NCBI GenBank assembly: GCA_031384605.1
Contig: JANNAT010000142.1
Span: 6,367 to 70,366, forward strand
Source: Cypionkella sp.
GTDB taxonomy: Bacteria; Pseudomonadota; Alphaproteobacteria; Rhodobacterales; Rhodobacteraceae
DNA: 64,000 nt
Reading direction: 5' to 3'
Position 1 is the first letter of the stretch. The number at the start of each line of letters is the position of its first letter. Positions 58,071-64,000 of the stretch are shown here, in pieces. Under the pieces are notes generated by a model. It worked only from the letters and a program-made list of their open reading frames with translations, did no database searches and had not been told where the DNA came from. Both the position numbers and the translations under genes were made by a program.

Positions 58071-59141
58071 ATGAGCGAAGGCGCACGAATCCTCTCTGAA
58101 ATGAACGACCGCTCCCGCGAAGTCTTTCGGCGGGTGGTCGAAGGCTATCTCGCGTCTGGTGATCCTGTCGGGTCCAGAACCCTAAGCCGCAGTCTGACAG
58201 AACGCCTCTCTGCGGCAACGGTGCGCAATGTGATGCAAGATCTTGAACTGATGGGGCTGCTGGACAGCCCGCATGTGTCGGCTGGCCGTATCCCCACACA
58301 AATGGGCTTGCGAATGTTTGTAGATGGCCTGTTGGAAGTGGGCACAGTTGCCACCGAAGATCGTCAGGTCATGGACGCTGTCGTCACCAGTGGCGATCAA
58401 GATGTAACGGCGCTGCTGGATCATATAGGCGCAACACTTTCGGGCATTACCCGCGGCGCAAGCGTGGTTTTGGCGCCAAAGCACGAAGCACCCATCAGAC
58501 ATATTGAATTTGTCAGCCTTGCCCAGGATCGCGCCCTTGTGGTGCTGGTCTTTGCAAACGGACATGTTGAGAACCGCATTTTTACCCCGCCACCCGGCCA
58601 AACTCCGTCGTCCATGCGTGAGGCGGCGAATTTTCTCAACGCATTGGCCGAAGGCAAAACCTTGTCCGAACTGCGCAGATCGATTGGTGCTGACATCGCA
58701 CGCCGTCGGCAAGAAATTGATTCGCTTGCCCGCGCGCTGGTAGAAAGCGGCTTGGCGCTGTGGGAGGGCGGCGAAGAGAACAGCGAACGGCTGATCGTGC
58801 GCGGCCGCGCAAACCTGATCGACAACAGCACCGAATCCCAGGACATCGACCGCATTCGAAGCCTTTTCGATGACCTGGAACGCAAGCGCGACATTGCGGG
58901 TTTTCTGGAACTGGCCGAAACCGGCGAGGGTGTGCGCATTTTTATTGGCTCTGAGAACAAGCTTTTTTCACTTTCGGGTTCCTCTCTGGTGGTCTCTCCC
59001 TATATGAACGCTGATCGAAAGATCATTGGCGCTGTGGGCGTGATTGGACCGACTCGGCTGAACTATGGCAGGATCGTTCCGATTGTGGACTACACAGCGC
59101 AATTGGTTGGCAGGCTTTTGACGGAACGTGCAACCGGCTAG
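58071..59141 (+). CDS. hrcA: heat-inducible transcription repressor HrcA
   Basis: 356 aa. N-terminal winged-helix region REVFRRVVEGYLASGDPVGSRTLS. Lies upstream of grpE. Confidence 0.92.
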   Translation: MSEGARILSEMNDRSREVFRRVVEGYLASGDPVGSRTLSRSLTERLSAATVRNVMQDLELMGLLDSPHVSAGRIPTQMGLRMFVDGLLEVGTVATEDRQVMDAVVTSGDQDVTALLDHIGATLSGITRGASVVLAPKHEAPIRHIEFVSLAQDRALVVLVFANGHVENRIFTPPPGQTPSSMREAANFLNALAEGKTLSELRRSIGADIARRRQEIDSLARALVESGLALWEGGEENSERLIVRGRANLIDNSTESQDIDRIRSLFDDLERKRDIAGFLELAETGEGVRIFIGSENKLFSLSGSSLVVSPYMNADRKIIGAVGVIGPTRLNYGRIVPIVDYTAQLVGRLLTERATG

Positions 59142-59181
59142 TGCGTTTGCTGCAAGACAGAAAGAAAAGACAAGGAAAACG

Positions 59182-59724
59182 ATGATGGCGCAGGAAAACA
59201 CCTCTGCAGACGATATCGAAATCGAAGAGTTTATCGCGGCAGAAGAACTGGACGCGTTGCGCGCAGAGCGCGACGATATGCGGGATCGGTTCATGCGTGC
59301 TTTGGCCGATGCCGAAAACAGCCGCAAACGGTCTGAACGTGACAGGCGCGAAGCCGAACAGTATGGCGGATCCAAGCTCGCCCGTGATTTGCTGCCGGTT
59401 TATGATAACTTGCGCCGCGCGTTAGACGTGGCCACGGACGACACCCGCACCCAAGCCGCCGCCCTTATCGAAGGGGTTGAACTTACGTTGCGGGAACTTA
59501 GCACTGTCATGACCAAACACGGCGTCACCCCAATCACGCCTGCCATCGGCGACCAGTTTGATCCGCAAATACATCAAGCCATGTTCGAAGCAGCCCTTCC
59601 CGGCACCAAAGTAGGTCAAATCATCCAGGTGATGGGGGACGGCTTCATGCTGCATGACCGCCTTTTGCGTCCTGCACAGGTGGGTGTATCGTCCAATACG
59701 GCCAAAACCGATGCGCCGGCCTAG
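59182..59724 (+). CDS. grpE: nucleotide exchange factor GrpE
   Basis: ATG 59182 follows AAGGAAAA. RALADAENSRKRSERD and FDPQIHQAM motifs. Confidence 0.92.
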   Translation: MMAQENTSADDIEIEEFIAAEELDALRAERDDMRDRFMRALADAENSRKRSERDRREAEQYGGSKLARDLLPVYDNLRRALDVATDDTRTQAAALIEGVELTLRELSTVMTKHGVTPITPAIGDQFDPQIHQAMFEAALPGTKVGQIIQVMGDGFMLHDRLLRPAQVGVSSNTAKTDAPA

Positions 59725-59740
59725 GGCCGACATTTCAGAC

Positions 59741-62386
59741 CTATTCGCGCAGCAGCCGTTGCAATTCGTAGACCAGCTGTAGCGCGTCGATCGGGCTTAA
59801 TTCGTCGGGCAGGATGGATCGCAAAAGCGCCTCGGCTGCAGAGGTTTTCGCAACAGTCTTGGCTGCCGGTGCCATTCGCGGCACAGACTGAAACAGCGGC
59901 AGATCGTCGATCAGCGTTTTCTGCCGCCCGCCCCCTTCGCGTTCACCCGATTCCAGCGCTTCCAGAACAACCTTTGCCCGCTCTATCACCGACGCTGGCA
60001 GCCCGGCCAGTCGTGCCACTTGCACACCATAGCTGCGATCTGCGGCCCCCTTCCTGACTTCGTGCAGGAAAATGACATCCCCCGCCCATTCCTTGACGGT
60101 GACCGTTGCGTTCTCTACGCCCGCCAACTTGCCTGCCAGTGCTGTCATCTCATGGTAATGCGTTGCAAACAGCGCACGGCAACGATTGGTTTCGTGTAAA
60201 TGCTCCAGCGTTGCCCAGGCAATTGACAGGCCGTCATAGGTCGCCGTGCCGCGTCCGATTTCATCCAAAATCACCAAAGCTCTGTCATCGGCCTGGTTCA
60301 GGATTGCGGCGGTTTCTACCATTTCAACCATAAAGGTTGATCTGCCCCGCGCCAGATCATCAGATGCGCCGACACGGCTGAACAACTGGCTGATCAACCC
60401 GATATGCGCCGATGCGGCCGGAACAAAGCTGCCCGCCTGCGCCAACAACGCAATCAGCGCATTCTGCCGCAGAAACGTCGATTTCCCCGCCATATTGGGT
60501 CCGGTCAACAGCCAGATCGCAGGCACGACGTCGTTCGTCAGCGCACAATCATTTGCCACGAACGCCCCGGCCCCGGCGCGGCGCAGCGCCCGCTCTACCA
60601 CCGGATGCCGCCCGCCTGTGATCGAAAACGCGTGGCTGTCGTCAACCCGCGGCTCTGTCCAGTTTTCGACTGTCGCCAGATCCGCAAGCCCACATGTCAG
60701 ATCAATTTCGGCCAGCGCGCGTGCAGTGGCTCCAATAGGGCCACTCTGTACCACAACAGCCTCGCGCAACGATTGAAACTGCGCCTTTTCAATCTCAAGC
60801 GCTCGATTGGCGGCGTTCAGGATTTTGGTTTCAATTTCGTTCAGCGCCAGCGTGGTAAATCGCACTTGATTGGCTGTGGTCTGGCGGTGAATGAATGTTT
60901 CCGACATCGGGGTGCTTCGCAGTTTTTCGGCATGGGCTTCTGTTGTTTCGATGAAGTAGCCCAGCACATTGTTGTGCTTGATCTTCAGACTTTGAATGCC
61001 GGTTTGCGTCACAAATGTCGCCTGCATTGCCGCGATGACGCTGCGCCCTTCGTCCCGCAAGCTGCGGGTTTCATCCAGATCCGCGTCAAACCCCGCAGCG
61101 ATAAACCCGCCATCGCGCACCAGTATCGGCGGTTCTGCAATTACAGCGGCGTCCAGCAAAGCGATCAAACCCGCATGGCCGGTCAGGTCGGCGGCGGCGG
61201 TTGCCAACAGCGCTGGCACCGACGTCATGCGCCCCGCCACTTGCTCGGCGCAGGCCAGTCCATTTCTGATTGACGCCAAATCGCGCGGCCCGCCTCGATC
61301 AAGCGCCAATCGGGAAAGCGCGCGGTCCATATCAGGCATATGGCGCAACTCAGCGCGCACCTCTTGCCGCAGTCGGCTCTGTTCCAGCATAAACCGGACA
61401 GACTCAAGTCGGGCATGAATTGCGCCAAGATCGCGCGATGGGCTTGAAAGCCGGCGCTCCAACAGCCGCCCACCCGCCGCCGTCACACTGCGATCTATCG
61501 CAGACAACAACGATCCATCGCGCCCGCCCGTCAAAGCGGCGGTAATTTCAAGATTGCGCCTGGTTGCGGCATCAATCTGAACGGTTCCGCCAGAGGTTTC
61601 TTGAACCGGCGGGCGCAACAGCGGAAGTTTTCCCCGCTGGGTAAGGTCGAGGTAGTCAACCAATGCCCCCATCGACGAAACTTCTGCCCGCTGAAATGCG
61701 CCAAAAGAGTCTAACGATGCCACGGCGAACAGCTGACACAACCGTTTTTCTGACCCTGCAGAATCAAAGCAGCCGCGCGCCAATGCGGTTATCGCAGCGC
61801 CTGATTCAGTCACTGTTGCTGCCAAATCGGCCTCAGAGACCTCAGAAACCAAAACCTCACGCGGTGCCAACCGCGCCAGCTCGGGGCCCAGCCGCACCGG
61901 CGGGCACATCATAACGCGCAGCTCTCCGGTTGAAATATCGGCCCAAGCCAACGCACCCTCATCGCGCACTGACGCATAAGCGCAAAGATAGTTGTGCCGC
62001 CGGGCGTCCAGCAAACTGTCTTCGGTCAGTGTCCCCGGCGTTACCAACCGCACCACATCGCGGCGCACAACAGATTTATAGCCGCGCTTTTTTGCCTCGG
62101 CCGGATCTTCCATTTGCTCGGCAATGGCCACCCGAAAACCCTTGCGGATCAGGGTTAACAAATACCCTTCGGCGGCATGATGCGGCACGCCACACATCGC
62201 AATCGGATCACCTTGGTGAAATCCGCGCTTGGTAAGGGCAATATCCAGCGCCTCAGATGCCGCAACGGCGTCCTGAAAGAACATCTCGTAAAAATCACCC
62301 ATCCGGTAGAACAACAACGCCCCCGGATATTGCGCCTTTATCTCCAGATATTGCGCCATCATCGGCGTGGTGGCGTCTTCGGTCAC
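59741..62386 (-). CDS. mutS: DNA mismatch repair protein MutS
   Basis: 881 aa. [22 protein letters not shown], Walker A motif [10 protein letters not shown], and [10 protein letters not shown]. Confidence 0.97.
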   Translation of the reverse strand: MTEDATTPMMAQYLEIKAQYPGALLFYRMGDFYEMFFQDAVAASEALDIALTKRGFHQGDPIAMCGVPHHAAEGYLLTLIRKGFRVAIAEQMEDPAEAKKRGYKSVVRRDVVRLVTPGTLTEDSLLDARRHNYLCAYASVRDEGALAWADISTGELRVMMCPPVRLGPELARLAPREVLVSEVSEADLAATVTESGAAITALARGCFDSAGSEKRLCQLFAVASLDSFGAFQRAEVSSMGALVDYLDLTQRGKLPLLRPPVQETSGGTVQIDAATRRNLEITAALTGGRDGSLLSAIDRSVTAAGGRLLERRLSSPSRDLGAIHARLESVRFMLEQSRLRQEVRAELRHMPDMDRALSRLALDRGGPRDLASIRNGLACAEQVAGRMTSVPALLATAAADLTGHAGLIALLDAAVIAEPPILVRDGGFIAAGFDADLDETRSLRDEGRSVIAAMQATFVTQTGIQSLKIKHNNVLGYFIETTEAHAEKLRSTPMSETFIHRQTTANQVRFTTLALNEIETKILNAANRALEIEKAQFQSLREAVVVQSGPIGATARALAEIDLTCGLADLATVENWTEPRVDDSHAFSITGGRHPVVERALRRAGAGAFVANDCALTNDVVPAIWLLTGPNMAGKSTFLRQNALIALLAQAGSFVPAASAHIGLISQLFSRVGASDDLARGRSTFMVEMVETAAILNQADDRALVILDEIGRGTATYDGLSIAWATLEHLHETNRCRALFATHYHEMTALAGKLAGVENATVTVKEWAGDVIFLHEVRKGAADRSYGVQVARLAGLPASVIERAKVVLEALESGEREGGGRQKTLIDDLPLFQSVPRMAPAAKTVAKTSAAEALLRSILPDELSPIDALQLVYELQRLLRE

Positions 62387-62471
62387 GGCAGGCTCCCCTA
62401 TGTCAGGCCGATCCTACAAAACTGGGGCGATAACGAAAAGGGATTATCGGCGCGTCAATCCTCGTGTGCCG

Positions 62472-63083
62472 TTAATGCGTAAAAGCAGCCTCTTTGCCCC
62501 AAACCGCTTTAACGCGCGCATCGCGGCCACAGGCATCGCGGTAAAACTTGTAAGCGCTCGCTTTTTGTTTTGGGCCGCGCCGGGTGATAACAATTTCGGT
62601 GCTGCGGTAGTAATTCTGGTGATAATCTTCGGCGGGCCAGAATGTTTTCGCACCCACAACCGGAGTTACAATTTTTTGCCCCAGCGCGGCCGAAGCATCC
62701 GCAACGGCGGCCTTGGCGGCGATCTTTTGATCGGCATTAAGCGCAAAAATCGCCGTGCGATAGGCATTGCCGCGATCACAAAACTGACCGCCCGCATCGG
62801 TGACATCGACCGACCGCAAGAACTTTGCGATCAAGTCCGCATAGGAAATCTTTGCGGAATCAAATGTAATCTTGACGGCCTCATAATGGCCCTCATGGTT
62901 GTCATAGGATGGGTTTTCGGAGGATCCGCCGGTATAGCCCGACACCACAGAGATAACCCCGGGCACGGATTCGAAATCCGATTCAACGCACCAAAAGCAC
63001 CCACCCGCCACGATGGCTTTTTCAGTTTTTGCAAATGCTGCGCTTGCGAAACCAAGCGAAAGGATAAGGGCCAAGCGTAACAT
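62472..63083 (-). CDS. msrA: peptide-methionine (S)-S-oxide reductase, secreted form
   Basis: Start moved to ATG 63083, giving a signal peptide MLRLALILSLGFASAAFA followed by the GGCFWC active site. Confidence 0.88.
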   Translation of the reverse strand: MLRLALILSLGFASAAFAKTEKAIVAGGCFWCVESDFESVPGVISVVSGYTGGSSENPSYDNHEGHYEAVKITFDSAKISYADLIAKFLRSVDVTDAGGQFCDRGNAYRTAIFALNADQKIAAKAAVADASAALGQKIVTPVVGAKTFWPAEDYHQNYYRSTEIVITRRGPKQKASAYKFYRDACGRDARVKAVWGKEAAFTH

Positions 63084-63231
63084 GTCTGCTCTCCAATGGG
63101 GTTCGATGACCATGAAAGCCTGCCCGCGCTGGCGCAACACACTGCCGCGTGAGGTAACGCTAAGGTGATTGTCCCTATTGGCCTTATCCGCTGTCCGCCG
63201 TAGCTTGATCGCGCATCAAACGAGGGCCGCC

Positions 63232-64000
63232 ATGACAGACCACGTCTCTACCCATCAAGCAGATGAAGACAGTCGAAACGCAACCATTCTGATTTATGTT
63301 AATGGTCGGATCGTGCCCAAAGCCCGGGCGATGGTGTCGGTCTATGATTCCGGCTTTATGCTGGGCGATGGTGTTTGGGAGGGTATTCGCCTTTACAATG
63401 GGCGTTGGTCGTTTCTGGACGAACATATTACGCGGCTATTTGAAGCCGCCAAAGCGATTGATCTTGATATTGCAATGACGCCTGATCAAGTCGTTGCCGC
63501 TGTGTCAAAGACACAATTGGCCAATGATATGACGACCGATGCCCATGCCCGGCTGATGGTGACACGTGGCGTAAAAACCCGGCCATTTCAGAATCCCAAA
63601 CTTTCACAGCAAGGCCCGACCGTGGTGATTATCATGGAACATTCGCGCCAAAAGCTGCCACGGCCGATCCGCCTTGCCACCGTTCCGCACCTGCGCGGCC
63701 TGCCGATGACCCAAGACCCCAAGCTGAATTCGCATTCCAAACTGAACTGTATCCTGGCCTGTATTGCCGCGCAAAAAGCCGGCGCGGATGAGGCATTGAT
63801 GCTGGATGTGCATGGTTTCGTGAACACCACCAACGCCTGCAACTTCTTCATCGTGCGCAAAGGCCAGGTTTGGACCAGCACCGGCGATTACTGCATGAAC
63901 GGGATCACCCGGCAAAAGGTGATCGACCTGTGCCGCGCCAATGATATCCCGGTGTTTGAGCGTAATTTCAGCCTGGTAGACACCTATTCGGCAGACGAGG
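63232..64000 (+). CDS. class IV (branched-chain amino acid / D-amino acid) aminotransferase, 5' part (runs off window end)
   Basis: Hand translation from ATG 63232: MTDHVSTHQADEDSRNATILIYVNGRIVPKARAMVSVYDSGFMLGDGVWEGIRLY...HSKLNCILA... This is the fold-type IV PLP enzyme pattern. Open at the window edge, so absent from the ORF track. Confidence 0.8.
   Translation, partial: MTDHVSTHQADEDSRNATILIYVNGRIVPKARAMVSVYDSGFMLGDGVWEGIRLYNGRWSFLDEHITRLFEAAKAIDLDIAMTPDQVVAAVSKTQLANDMTTDAHARLMVTRGVKTRPFQNPKLSQQGPTVVIIMEHSRQKLPRPIRLATVPHLRGLPMTQDPKLNSHSKLNCILACIAAQKAGADEALMLDVHGFVNTTNACNFFIVRKGQVWTSTGDYCMNGITRQKVIDLCRANDIPVFERNFSLVDTYSADE

Noticed and set aside
1-64000. CRISPR arrays, IS elements or transposases, rRNA genes, retron- or DGR-type reverse transcriptases
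   Set aside because: I looked for regularly spaced repeats and for the relevant protein motifs in all listed ORFs on both strands and found none. The only exact repeats seen are the three parS 16-mers and the two 16-mers upstream of the integrase.

Overview
High-GC alphaproteobacterial chromosome segment (about 60% GC by eye). Gene content and order look typical of Rhodobacteraceae: regB / senC-regA-hvrA-HD-ahcY, hemY-Mic60-hemD, tsaE-amgK-murU-addB-addA-trxA and hslVU. I call about 70 protein genes, 2 tRNAs and no rRNA, CRISPR array or transposase.

The window appears to span the chromosomal replication origin. This is an AT-rich 419-bp gap with DnaA boxes between maf and hemJ (47462-47880). 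It is flanked by the classical alphaproteobacterial ori-proximal sets: dnaQ-coaE-aroE-maf on one side and hemJ-rho-mnmE-mnmG-rsmG-parA-parB on the other. Three perfect 16-bp parS palindromes (TGTTTCACGTGAAACA) are present.

The only clearly accessory region is about 6.7-14.6 kb, wedged between an HpcH-type aldolase gene and hemY. It has two parts:
(i) A visibly lower-GC, translationally coupled three-gene cassette of unknown function abuts the 3' end of tRNA-Thr(CGU). This is my best candidate for an undescribed toxin-antitoxin or defence-type system.
(ii) An island remnant carries a C5 DNA methyltransferase plus GIY-YIG nuclease pair (putative type II R-M), orphan small genes and an AlpA/Xis-like gene. 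Its tyrosine integrase is broken by an internal 427-bp inversion bounded by a 6-bp inverted repeat, and it also has two in-frame TAG codons.

All functional calls rest on my own reading of the sequence and supplied translations and on remembered family motifs. No database search or computation was run. Start codons were adjusted by eye using RBS and N-terminal conservation.
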